Made by a program: the position numbers and the translations under genes. 64,000 bases of DNA from Octopus bimaculoides (Eukaryota), in the NCBI RefSeq assembly GCF_001194135.2, contig NC_068983.1, positions 57,500,208-57,564,207 of the forward strand, in the 5' to 3' direction. Under the pieces are notes generated by a model. The model worked only from the letters and a program-made list of their open reading frames with translations, did not search any database and was not told where the DNA came from. Numbering within the stretch: the first letter of the stretch is position 1; each line of letters begins with the position of its first letter. Shown here one piece after another: positions 51,799 to 64,000 of the stretch.

Positions 51799-53981
51799 TA
51801 ACTAAGACTGGTTAGTTTCGTTATTTTTCTTCTTGTTTTGCCTTTGCGAGTTACAAGTATTGCTATCTGTTGGAGTTTCAGAACTTTAGCTGCTATTTCT
51901 GAACTTTGGTATGTGGTGAAGCAACTGTTGCTGATCCCTTAATTATGTTTATATATATATATATATATATNNNNNNNNNNNNNNNNNNNNNNNNNNNNNN
52001 NNNNNNNNNNNNNNNNNNNNNNNNNNNNNNNNNNNNNNNNNNNNNNNNNNNNNNNNNNNNNNNNNNNNNNNNNNNNNNNNNNNNNNNNNNNNNNNNNNNN
52101 NNNNNNNNNNNNNNNNNNNNNNNNNNNNNNNNNNNNNNNNNNNNNNNNNNNNNNNNNNNNNNNNNNNNNNNNNNNNNNNNNNNNNNNNNNNNNNNNNNNN
52201 NNNNNNNNNNNNNNNNNNNNNNNNNNNNNNNNNNNNNNNNNNNNNNNNNNNNNNNNNNNNNNNNNNNNNNNNNNNNNNNNNNNNNNNNNNNNNNNNNNNN
52301 NNNNNNNNNNNNNNNNNNNNNNNNNNNNNNNNNNNNNNNNNNNNNNNNNNNNNNNNNNNNNNNNNNNNNNNNNNNNNNNNNNNNNNNNNNNNNNNNNNNN
52401 NNNNNNNNNNNNNNNNNNNNNNNNNNNNNNNNNNNNNNNNNNNNNNNNNNNNNNNNNNNNNNNNNNNNNNNNNNNNNNNNNNNNNNNNNNNNNNNNNNNN
52501 NNNNNNNNNNNNNNNNNNNNNNNNNNNNNNNTATACATGACAGGCTTCTTTCAGTTTCCATCTACCAAATCCACCCACAAGGCTTTGGTCGATGTGAGGC
52601 TATAGTAGAAGACACTTGCCCAAGGTGTCATGCAGTGAGACGGAACCCAGAACAATGTGGTTGGGAAGCAAGCTTCTTACCACACAGCCCCCCCCCACAC
52701 ACACACACCCCTCTCTTATATCTCATCTCCTAGTATAAAGCTGCTTCCTGCTCCTGGTAACCTCAATGGTGCTGGTGGCATGAAACAAGCCCCCACTCAA
52801 TGCTGCAATGTGGTTGGCTTTAGGAAGGACATCCAGCTGCAGGAACCAGGCCAGAGGAGACACGGGTGCTCAGTGTGGTCTTTGGAACCATTGGAAACCA
52901 TTGAACAGTCCAAAACATGCCAACATGGAACATGGTTATTACATGATCGTTATAATTGATAATGATGATGGTAATGATGATGATGATGATGATGATGATA
53001 TCGAGAGAGAGGTGGGGAGAGAGAGAGAGAGAGAAAAAGAAAGAGAGAGAGAGAGAGAAAGAAAGAGAGAGAGAAAGAAAGAGAGAGTTGTGAGAGGGAA
53101 AAGAAAGGAGGAGAGAGAAATAGAGAGGGAGGGAGGGAGAGAGAGGAAAGAAAAGTTGATGGATGAATGGACTGATGGACAGACAGACAGACAGATGAAT
53201 AGGCAGGCAGGCACATAGATAGATAGACAGATAGAGAGAGAGAGAGAGAGAGAGGGGGGCGGATGGATGGATGGATAGAGAAAGAGAGAGAGAGAGAGAG
53301 ATGGATACAAGTGTGATGTCATTGAAACATTGTTGATATGAATAGTAAATTAGTAGACTCCATTAAAGACAACATTGTTTGTGGAGAAAAAGAAAAAGAG
53401 TGAAGGTGACTGCAAGTGACAAGTGATTTAATTAAATACTTACTTCAAATGGGTCTCACTAATTTGATTATCATCTTGTTGAAAAAAGATGGGAGTGACA
53501 CTTCAAAAGACAGCAGCAGCAGCAGTCTTCTTCTTCTTCTTCTTCTTCTTCTTCTTCTTCTTCTTCTTCTTCTTCTTCTTCTTCTTCTTCCAAGCACAAC
53601 AACAACCCTCTTTGTCACTGAGGTAAACAGATGTAGCTAAAGTAAAGCTTACACACACACACACACACACACACTCACACACACATACATGCATACATAT
53701 ATATGTATATAGTTGTGCACCAGCATGACCGCAGCCACTTGGCTGAAACACATAAATAAATAAATAAATATATATATTCATATATATATATTCATGCATA
53801 CATACATACATATATATGCATAAATGTATGGATACATATACTGACATATATATGCATGTACGTATTTATATGTATAAATATATATATTCATATATATATT
53901 CATGCATACATACATACATACATATATATACATAAATGTATGGATGCATGTTCATATACATACATATATATACATATACAT

Positions 53982-54445
<464 letters not shown>

Positions 54446-54479
54446 CGCAGTCATGTACTTATTCTCTCAGACCCTTCTA

Positions 54480-54673
54480 GCATACCACTAAGTTACAGGG
54501 ATATAAACACACCAGCATCGGTTGTCAAGCACTGTTGGGGTGGGGGGCAAACACATACTCACACAAGGCTTTGGTCGGCCCGAGGCTATAGTAGAAGACA
54601 CTTGCCCTAAGTGCCACTCAGTGGTACTGAACCTGGAACCATGTGGTTGGTAAGCAAGCTACTTACCATACAN
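54480..54673 (-). mobile_element. Family B SINE, internally deleted, inverted relative to the preceding copy
   Basis: ctaagttacagggatataaacacaccagc...cacaaggctttggtcggcccgagg. Confidence 0.8.
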
Positions 54674-54824
54674 NNNNNNNNNNNNNNNNNNNNNNNNNNN
54701 NNNNNNNNNNNNNNNNNNNNNNNNNNNNNNNNNNNNNNNNNNNNNNNNNNNNNNNNNNNNNNNNNNNNNNNNNNNNNNNNNNNNNNNNNNNNNNNNNNNN
54801 NNATATATAAAACGTTCGCAGGTT

Positions 54825-55170
54825 GTCCTTTACAACCTCATCTCAGGAAGACATGGAATGACATGGTGAAGCACAACCTTTGAACGTTTGGACCTCACAG
54901 AGGCAATGACAAGCAACCAAAACCTTTGGAGCTATACTGTGCTTGAGAAGACTTAGCAACCCAAGTGAGATCATAGCCATGGCCGATGCCAGTGTTGCAG
55001 AACCAGTCCATTTCAAAGTACCCTTCAATTGTTGGGCAATATGCTGTGCTTGAGAAGACCTGCTGAGTCAAGTGAAATCGTTGTCATGGCTGATGCTAGT
55101 GTCACCTGACTGGCACCTGTGCCAGTGGTGCATAAAAAGCAACATTCGAACATGGCCAATGCTTGTACTG
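54825..55170 (+). mobile_element. RTE ORF end and 3' UTR fragment
   Basis: RKTWNDMVKHNL*, with the UTR reverse-complementary to 59200-59340. Confidence 0.75.
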
Positions 55171-55419
55171 CCTAACTGACCCCCGTTACGAGGACATAAT
55201 CACACCAACATCAGTTGTTAAGTGATGGTGGCAGGACAAACACTGACACATATATGGCGGTTGTCTACTCTTTATGCAGAGTTTGACCACCTCCTGTACC
55301 TACACCTTAGAATCATCATGGCATCTGATGTGGCTTTTTAAACCAGCCAATGTTCTGAAAAGTCACACACATAGATTGCATCCCTGATTTGGAACATCAA
55401 GTGTTGCTTCTTTCAGTTT

Positions 55420-55657
55420 TTTTTATTTCTGCATTGCCCACAAGGGGTTAAACATAGAGGGGACAAACAAGGACAGATAAAGGGATTAAGTCGATTACAT
55501 CGACCCCAATGCGTAACTGGTACTTAATTTATCAACCCTGAAAGGATGAAAGGCAAAGTCGACCTCAACAGAATTTGAACTCAGAACGTTACTGCAGGTG
55601 TAATACCGCTAAGCATTTCGCCCGACGTGCTAACGATTCTGCCATCTCGCCGCCTTT
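55420..55657 (-). mobile_element. Family C SINE, near full length
   Basis: tttctgcattgcccacaagggg...cgtgctaacgattctgccatctcgccgcc. Confidence 0.85.
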
Positions 55658-56364
55658 CAGTTTCTTTCAGTTTGCTTCTTTCAGTTTCTGTCTATTAAAT
55701 CCAGTCATTTCAGTCGACCCAATATTATAGTAGAAGACATTTGCCCAAGATACCATGCAGTGGGACTGAACCTGGAACCATGTGGTTGGGAAGCAAGCTT
55801 CTTAACACACAGCCACTCTTGTGCCTATATTTATAAAGAACAAAAAAGAAACAAAGAAAAATAGGAGAACGAAATTGTGACTTTAATCTCAGAGACATGT
55901 GTATGTTGAACTCTATAAAAATGTTATAATAATAATGTTTTCATAATCCATTAATATCGATTTTAATCTCTCAGGAAAGAAACACAACAACAACAATGGC
56001 ATTAACAATAACTACAACAATAACAACATCGACAACAACAAGGACATAAAAAATCTAGCATGTGTTGAAAGTTCATTCGTCTTGACTGTAATGTCCAATT
56101 TTCTCTTTGCTATTTAGATGGAAATATTTAAGACGCAATTCTACAAGATAAATGTGTGTGAGTCCTCTTAAATGACCCTTTGACCACAAAATATCCATCA
56201 ATGTTTTTTTCTTTTTTTATAGATGAATTTTTTTTATTCATTTTCGTTGTTATTTTTTAATGTGAGTTTGCAGTGAGGAGGTTAGTATAGGTGCGTGTGT
56301 GTGTCTGTGTGGTTATATGGCTTGACTCATGTTTATATACTTGTCTATATGTAAAGTGGGGATT

Positions 56365-56555
56365 TAAGGTAGCAAGCTGGCAGAGCCATTACTGTGCTGG
56401 GAAAAATGCTTTGTGGCATTTCTTCAAATTTTGCGTCCTGAGTTCAAATACTGCCGAGGACAACTTTGCCTTTCATCCTTTTGAGGTCAATAGAATAAGT
56501 ACCACATGTAATCAAGTTATCCCTTTCCCAAAAATTACTGGCCTTGTGCCAAAAT
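56365..56555 (+). mobile_element. Family C SINE (ggccttgtgccaaaattt tail type)
   Basis: aagctggcagagcc...gagttcaaatactgccgagg...ctttgcctttcatcc. Confidence 0.75.
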
Positions 56556-56574
56556 TTCAAACCGTTATTATATA

Positions 56575-56621
<47 letters not shown>

Positions 56622-57198
56622 TGCAAAGACTTGTTGAGGCAAGTGAAATCGAAATTAAAAATTGAACCAAATTCGTTGACTGGCACCCATGCCAACCTTC
56701 CTTCATTGGACACTAAACTCTGCTTGGGAAGACCTGCTGGGGCAAGTGAGATTGAAACTGAACCAAATCTAATGACTGGCATCGATGCCAGTGGAGTGCT
56801 AACAGCACCATCCGAGTGGGATCACTGTCAGAGCAGCAGTCTGGCTTCTGAGTTTCCCATTCCCATTCATTGGAGAGTTTTGATGAATACAATGTGAAAC
56901 ACTGAGAATAGTTGTGCGAAAATTTTGCAGTTTTATTAAAAACATATATATGTATATATATTATATTCATTTAAAAGAAGAAGAAAATGGAGATTGGGAA
57001 ATTAATAATTGTTTTTTATTAACAGCAAATTAGTCATCTTCACCTACAGCAGTTTCTATTGATACTTAATAAACATGAAATTTATATTTATGCAAGATGA
57101 GCATAATATTATCAGATGAAAAAAGATGTGCTTTTAGATGCTACATGTGTGTTTGTGAATTCATTTTAGCAGACATACATATTTATATATAAATATGA

Positions 57199-57229
<31 letters not shown>

Positions 57230-57649
57230 AGTGTATAAATTAAGAAATGGAGTCAAATGCAGGTGTTATTCAAATCATTTATACTTTCAACATATGTTTC
57301 GAAAAAGCATTGGGATAAATATGATGTAAAACAATGCAATCATCTTGTCAGGGCAAAAAAGGAACAAAACACACCAATAAGCCATTTTAACTGAATTGAT
57401 TACCATGTATATAAGTACATGATGTAAGGAGAATGCTAGTAAGTCATTCTTTAAAAAACTGTTAATAGATTTAACATCAAAGGTAATTTAGAGAAAGAAA
57501 GAAATTAATGGAAAATTAAGAGTGGAAATATATAATGTGATAAATGAATGGGAATAAAGTTTAAGAGCATGGGAAAAGATATATGTAGTGGAAATGAAAT
57601 GTAAGAAGACAGTTAGAGGTCAAATTTTATAAATTGGTAAAAATTAGTT

Positions 57650-58640
57650 ATAGGAATTAGAAGTATGTTTTTGCCAATATTTACAATGATAAACAAGTTC
57701 TTTAAATGTGTTTACAAGAGTATTCTCCGCGAAAAAGATGAGAAATTGCTCTTCATTACAGAGTGGGCAAAAAGAGTTACCTTTGTCATATGGGAAGGAT
57801 CCAGATAGAATTTTCCATTCCATATTGAATTGCTTATTATGTTCCTTTAGAGAACAAATTAATTTACTAAGCCCAGTATTGTTGCATTTAGTGAAATGTA
57901 GAGTAATGGTTAGATATTCTTTTCAACAACTGAGATGAGGAACAACCTATATAAAAAAAAGACATCAGAACCGGAAGTAATTTTACGTTGATAAACAAAG
58001 TTTTTAGTCTTAGAATTACTGCTAAGGAAACAAATACGATTCAGATATATATTAGAAATATTAATATCGTTATTATTATTGTTCAAAGAATGGTTAGCAT
58101 TAACAGTATCACTGTTATTATTTTCATTTAGTGGATTTGCATTTAACAATTTATGGTTATACGAAGAAATAATTTGTGAAAAGTTTTTGGTGTTTGAAAA
58201 ACCTATCCTAATTCGATGTGAATTGATAATGGAATGGTATCTGGAATTTTTTGGAAAATTCTTATCTATAGCTTCACGAAACTGATAAGGGAGGTTAGGT
58301 TTCATTTGATTATATGGAATGATCGACCAAATTGTTTTCTTAGAACACACCTTGTTATCTGGGTAATTATCTTTAAAAGTCCTAGACTTATTTATATTAT
58401 GTATAAAGGGAAATAAAGAATGGTTATCTCCCTTATGCTGCAAAATTACCTTTTTTGATTTATTGTTGTTATTCGAAATAAAATTTATATTGTTATTACC
58501 ATTATGATGTGTTTCAATGTCCTGGTTAATAGAGGCAGAATTCATATCAATAGGGTTAATACAGGTAATTTTTTTCTTTATAACCGGCTTTAAGTAAGGC
58601 AGAGTAATAAAAGCTAATCTTACATATCTGTTGTATCTAA
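57650..58640 (-). pseudogene. Penelope-like element: linker plus GIY-YIG endonuclease, frameshifted
   Basis: KKTIWSIIPYNQ...IDKNFPKNSRYHSIINSHRIRIGFS...FVYQ, then after frameshifts FYIGCSSSQLLKRISNHYSTF and GLSKLICSLK...EWKILSGSFPYDKGNSFCPLCNEE...ELVYHCKYWQK. Confidence 0.85.
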
Positions 58641-58789
58641 TTTGTTTATCTGCATAACTGCCCCTCTGTGTGTATATATATANNNNNNNNNNNNNNNNNN
58701 NNNNNNNNNNNNNNNNNNNNNNNNNNNNNNNNNNNNNNNNNNNNNNNNNNNNNNNNNNNNNNNNNNNNNNNNNNNNNNNNNNNNATATA

Positions 58790-58827
58790 TATATCATCAT
58801 TATCATTATTATCAACATCATCATCAA

Positions 58828-58899
<72 letters not shown>

Positions 58900-60265
58900 C
58901 ATCACCATCACCATCATTGTTTAACGTCCGCTTTCCATGCCGGCATGGGTTGGACGGTTTGACTGCAGACTGGCAAGCCAGTAGGCTGCACCAGGCTCCA
59001 GTCTGATCTAGCAAGGTTTCTACAGCTGGATGCCATTCCTAATGGCAACCATTCTTAGAGTGTAGTGTGTGCTTTTTTACATGCCACCAGCATGGGAGTC
59101 AGTTAGGCAGTACTGGCATCAGCCACAACAATGATTTCACTTGGCTCAACAGGTCTTCGCAAGCACAGTTTATTGCCCAATGATTGAAGGGTATTCTTAA
59201 ATGGGCTGTTTATGTGACACTGGCATAGGCCATGGTTATGGTCTCACTTGGCTTGCCAGGTTATTTCAAGCACCGCATATCACTTGTCATTACCTCCATA
59301 AGCTCCAATGTTTGATGGTCATGCTTCACCACCTCATCCCTAGTCTTCCTGGGTCTACCTCTTCCACAGGTTCCCTCCACCGTTAGGGTGTGACACTTTT
59401 TTGCACAGCTGTCCTCATCCGTACACAACACATGACCATACCAGTGCAGTCGTCTCACTTGTACACCACATCTGATGATTCTTATATCCAAGTTTTCTCT
59501 CAGGGTGCTTACACTCTGTCGTGTTTGCACACTGACATTACACATCCAGTAGACTATACAAGTTTCCTTCCTTCCAAGCTTACGCATGTCTTCAACAGTC
59601 AAGGCCCATGTTTCACTGCTGTGTAGCATGGCTGTTCGTACACATGCATCATACAGTCTACCTTTTACTCCGAGTGAGAGACCCTTTGTTACCAGCAGTG
59701 GTAGGAGCTCTCTGAACTTTGCCCAGGCTATACTTATTCTAGTAGCTACACTCTTAGAGCATTCACTCCTGCTACTGTCTTGATCACCTAGGTAACAGAA
59801 GCTATCAACTACTTCTAGTCTTTTCACCTGGCATGTGACAGAAGCTGTTTTCTGCACATTTTCAGTGTTTATTGCTCCTGTGCATTTGTCATGCATAAAA
59901 ACTATCTTCCCAGTTAGCCTTCCTTTGATATTGCTGCACCTCTTATGTGTCCATAGCTTACACCGGGTACATCTTAAGGAGTTTCTACTTATGCCTTTTC
60001 TATACATTGAACAGGGCCATCTACCTGAAGGGATTTGTGGTTTGTCTGCCTTTCTACTTACTATGACTTTGGTTTTAGCTAGATTGACTCTAAGGCCCTT
60101 TGATTCTAGTCCTTGCTTCCACACCTGAAACTTTTCTTCTAGTTCAGATAGTGACTCAGCTATTAGAGCAGGGTCATCAGCATAGAGGTGGTCCCAGGGG
60201 CATCCTGTCTTCAATTCCTCTGTTATTGCCTGGAGGACTATGATGAATAAGAGGGGGCTGAGAAA
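58790..60265 (-). mobile_element. 5'-truncated RTE-clade LINE with (ATG)n tail
   Basis: RT motifs LSPLLF and LYADD, 3' UTR 58917-59260, tail 58790-58916. Confidence 0.95.
59261..60262 (-). CDS. RTE reverse transcriptase C-terminal half (uninterrupted frame, non-autonomous fragment)
   Basis: LSPLLFIIVLQAITEELKTGCPWDHLYADD...LRVNLAKTKV...[Cys/His-rich insert]...FCYLGD...RLHWYGHVL...GRGRPRKT. Confidence 0.9.
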   Translation of the reverse strand, partial: LSPLLFIIVLQAITEELKTGCPWDHLYADDPALIAESLSELEEKFQVWKQGLESKGLRVNLAKTKVIVSRKADKPQIPSGRWPCSMYRKGISRNSLRCTRCKLWTHKRCSNIKGRLTGKIVFMHDKCTGAINTENVQKTASVTCQVKRLEVVDSFCYLGDQDSSRSECSKSVATRISIAWAKFRELLPLLVTKGLSLGVKGRLYDACVRTAMLHSSETWALTVEDMRKLGRKETCIVYWMCNVSVQTRQSVSTLRENLDIRIIRCGVQVRRLHWYGHVLCTDEDSCAKKCHTLTVEGTCGRGRPRKTRDEVVKHDHQTLELMEVMTSDMRCLK

Positions 60266-61156
60266 GTTCTTGGTATAGTATTATATATATTTGCAAAAAT
60301 GAGTAGAGATGGGTAGTTTTTATTTTAATAATATAGTTTACTGTGAGTTTCTCTGGTATGAGCTTCAATCTTCAAAAGTCGTTTTTCCAAATTGAAAAAT
60401 GTATGTTTTACTGGTTTCTTAAATAGGAAAAAAAAATTAGATAGCAGAATATATATATATAAAAGATACAAAGGCATGTGTGTGTAAGAAGAAGAAGAAA
60501 GAAAAGGAGGAGGAGGGGGAGGAAGAAGAAGAAGAAGAAGAAGAAGAAGAAGAANNNNNNNNNNAAGAAGAAGAAGAAGAAGAAGAAGAAGAAGAAGAAG
60601 AAGAAGAATGTAATGCTAAAAGTAAAAATAAATATTATAAATATTATGAATATAAAGATAAAGATAAGGTGAATAGTAATGGGATAAGGGGGAGGAAGGA
60701 GAGTTAAGTACATGAGGTATAAGGAAATGGCGTATTTTGGAGTGGTTGCTATTGTTGTGCCTTGTCAGAAGATGACCAGTGGGGGTGCCTCCAAATTTCA
60801 GGTCACCTATTCATTCAGTTTCAACACATGCTACAGTGTACAGGCATACACACACACACACACATACACACATATATATTAGCCTGACCTTTATTCTTAT
60901 CTCTTTATTTTCATTTTCACTTTTAGCCTTATTTCATTTTCCCGTTCTGCTTCTCCTTCAACTTCTTCTATTTCTTCTTCTTCTTCTTCTTCTTCTTCTT
61001 CTTCTTCTTCTTCTTCTTCTTCTTCTCCTTCTTCTCCTTCTTCTTCTTCTTCTTCTTCTTCTCCTCCTCCTCCTCCTTCTTCTTCTCCTCCTCCCCTCCT
61101 CCTCCTTCTTCTTCTTCTTCTTCTTCTTCTTCCACTTCCTCCTCCTCCTCCTTCTC

Positions 61157-61188
<32 letters not shown>

Positions 61189-61660
61189 ATTTTATATATA
61201 ATATTTGCTATTTAAAANNNNNNNNNNNNNNNNNNNNNNNNNNNNNNNNNNNNNNNNNNNNNNNNNNNNNNNNNNNNNNNNNNNNNNNNNNNNNNNNNNN
61301 NNNNNNNNNNNNNNNNNNNNNNNNNNNNNNNNNNNNNNNNNNNNNNNNNNNNNNNNNNNNNNNNNNNNNNNNNNNNNNNNNNNNNNNNNNNNNNNNNNNN
61401 NNNNNNNNNNNNNNNNNNNNNNNNNNNNNNNNNNNNNNNNNNNNNNNNNNNNNNNNNNNNNNNNNNNNNNNNNNNNNNNNNNNNNNNNNNNNNNNNNNNN
61501 NNNNNNNNNNNNNNNNNNNNNNNNNNNNNNNNNNNNNNNNNNNNNNNNNNNNNNNNNNNNNNNNNNNNNNNNNNNNNNCCTGGGGATCACCTGTATGGGT
61601 ACCGTCGTGGGAAGAGGGCGTCCAGAGGCAGGTAATATGTTGCTTAAACCGTAGTTTATG

Positions 61661-61874
61661 TATTTACTTGGAGAATGGAGCAACAAATACAAGAAAAAGC
61701 ATTTTCATTGGACTGGATAGTGTGTAAGTGACTATGACATAATGTACAAAATGACTCATTACATAACCTAAACCTCCACACTGACTCATTTCACAAGCTC
61801 CACATAATAAAACAACGCCTATCTAGTCTAACGAAAATGCTTTTTATTGTATTTGTTGCTCCATTCTCCAAGTA

Positions 61875-61878
<4 letters not shown>
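61661..61878. mobile_element. TA-flanked MITE with ~60-bp TIRs (Tc1/mariner-type)
   Basis: tatttacttggagaatggagcaacaaatacaa... is inverted at ...ttgtatttgttgctccattctccaagtaaata. Confidence 0.8.
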
Positions 61879-61908
<30 letters not shown>

Positions 61909-61987
61909 CATATGTGTATATATATATGCATATATATATGTATGTGTGTGTGTATGCATGCACACACATACACGAGTATACCTCTGT

Positions 61988-62033
<46 letters not shown>

Positions 62034-62808
62034 TGTTTATTGCCACTTTAACATAGGTGTTTTCGAAGAACTAACGATACTGCTATTTTAACCCCAGGAA
62101 GACATCTCCAGCCAATGATACACATACACACACACACACTCACACCCGGGTCAAGCAACAGAATAAACAGTTTTCACCTTTGCAAATCAAGACTTCACAT
62201 TAGATACATTTTAAGAACAAATTTATGTATTATTCCTTACCAAGTACCATTAGATAAACTTGATAAGATAAACTTAATATCATCTGTTTTGGCTCTTTGT
62301 CTCTCCATCTCAGCAATATTGATCATTCTAGAAAACTCCTTTCCCCCCTTCCACCCCTTTCTCTGTTTCTTTCATGTATCTTTAACCCCTTCATTCTTAA
62401 ATCGTTTAAATTCATTTCTTTTTGACTCCTATCTTACTAGCTACTTTTAGACCCAACTTTATCATTGATCTCTCAGCTATATCCAGCCATGCCCATCTAC
62501 TGCCACCACTGCCTTCTAAGGAACAGCTCCACCCTTTAAATGTTTGATTTTTTTCCCCCCTATTTTCTTTTCTCCTCTACAAACAAAAATAGAAACCAAC
62601 TTTGCCATTACAGACCCCCATTAGTCTCACATAATTCCTCTGATTATATTTAATGTCAGTAACTTGCTAAACTTTATAAATATCTAAAACAGTGGCTTGG
62701 CTTATCTTGATCGTTCACAACCCTCACATCATTATTGATTTCTCGTTACTTTTAAAATCAATGTACAAAGCCAGGATGTTCATATATATATATATATATA
62801 TATATACA

Positions 62809-63032
62809 CGAAGGGGTGCTGGAAAGTTCCTGGCTTTAAAGGCTCCATGAAACATGTGGTTGGAGGTCCAACCTTCCAAGGATTTCTTTTAAAGGTCTTA
62901 GAAGAACCGAAAGACCACTGCAATAAGTGTATGAATCTGAGAGGAGAATATGTTGGATAAAGTTAGAATTAACTGATTCTCCTGCCCTTTCTTTTACCCA
63001 AAGCCAGGAACTTTTCAGTGCGTGCCTGATGT
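62809..63032 (+). mobile_element. Mariner-derived MITE retaining the transposase C-terminal tip
   Basis: TIRs ggtgctggaaagttcctggctt and aagccaggaacttttcag. Internal DHCNKCMNLRGEYVG* resembles the mariner C-terminus (KCxxxxGxYVE). Confidence 0.75.
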
Positions 63033-63229
63033 ATATACATATTTATATATGTGTGTATATATATGCTGTGCTTGAGTAGACCTGACAATGTATATATATA
63101 TANNNNNNNNNNTTTTTTTTCCTAGTCTATATTAACCCACTAGACTTCAAAATGAAAAGTGATTTTTTTTCTAGTCTATAAATGTTTGCTTTTTCTTTTT
63201 TCTTTACTTTCTTCTTCTCCCCACCTTAT

Positions 63230-63261
<32 letters not shown>

Positions 63262-63654
63262 CCTATAAATCCTTATTTCTAGTCGACCAGTTAAGCAATC
63301 CATAAAGACATTTCTTTATATGTTGTAAATATGCTATTAGGCATGACTTTGTTTGCGATCACCAAGTTCAAATCACAAGATAAACAAAAATATATAAAAT
63401 ACTTGATAAACCGAAAAAACCCTTCAAATCGGTACAAAGGAATTGAACCATAACAAAGTCCCTGTCACCTTCATGTCACCACTTGTTTCCAAGGAAAGGA
63501 AGTAATATTTTCCTCTGGCTAGATATGTTTTTCATGAAAGACTGGAAATATACAAACATCACTTGTATGACAGGGATGCTCATTTACAATCAACATATAA
63601 TGTCAAGACAAGGACACTCACATACATTTACACATGCACACACACATATATATA

Positions 63655-63960
63655 TATTATCACCATCACCATCATCGTTTAATGTCCGTTGTCCATGCTG
63701 GCATGGGCTGGATGGTTTGACTGGTCTAGTACGCTGGATGACTGCCATTTGCCATTTGTGTGATGCCAGTATCTGCCATGATTGCAATTTTGCTTGGCTT
63801 GATGGGTCTTCTTCTCAAGCATGACATAATGCCAAAGATTTTGGTCATTGCCTCCAAGAGGCTCAACATTCAAAAGGAGCTCAGTTACTTTGCCTCCATG
63901 AAGACCAATGCTCAAAAGGAACTCAGCCATTTGCCTCTGTCAGGCCCAACATTCGAAAAG
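63655..63960 (-). mobile_element. Family A RTE 3' end
   Basis: catcgtttaatgtccgttgtccatgctggcatggg, similar to 4330-4690. Confidence 0.75.
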
Positions 63961-64000
63961 TACTCAGCACATACTGAAATTTAGAAATAGCAGTCAAATA

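Overview
AT-rich eukaryotic scaffold with 23 N-gaps (about 8 kb) and dense di- and trinucleotide microsatellites. No complete protein-coding gene is supportable; most ORF-track entries are gap- or microsatellite-derived. The repeat landscape resembles a coleoid cephalopod (Octopus-like) genome, which is an inference. It includes RTE LINE fragments and many copies of their 3' tail, three or four tRNA-derived SINE families, two R4/Dong-like RLE LINE remnants, two Penelope-like GIY-YIG remnants, Helitron and Tc1/mariner remnants, and several MITEs. Family labels A-D are my own. The most notable signal is a canonical minimal type-I hammerhead ribozyme at 13536-13578, embedded in a heavily structured element with inverted and direct repeats (Penelope pLTR or retrozyme-like), plus a second degenerate hammerhead at 51739-51798. 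Other items worth checking are a candidate 9-nt microexon (6342-6350), a 216-bp near-perfect palindrome (8365-8580), and a ~540-bp repeat found in tandem within (AAT)n tracts.
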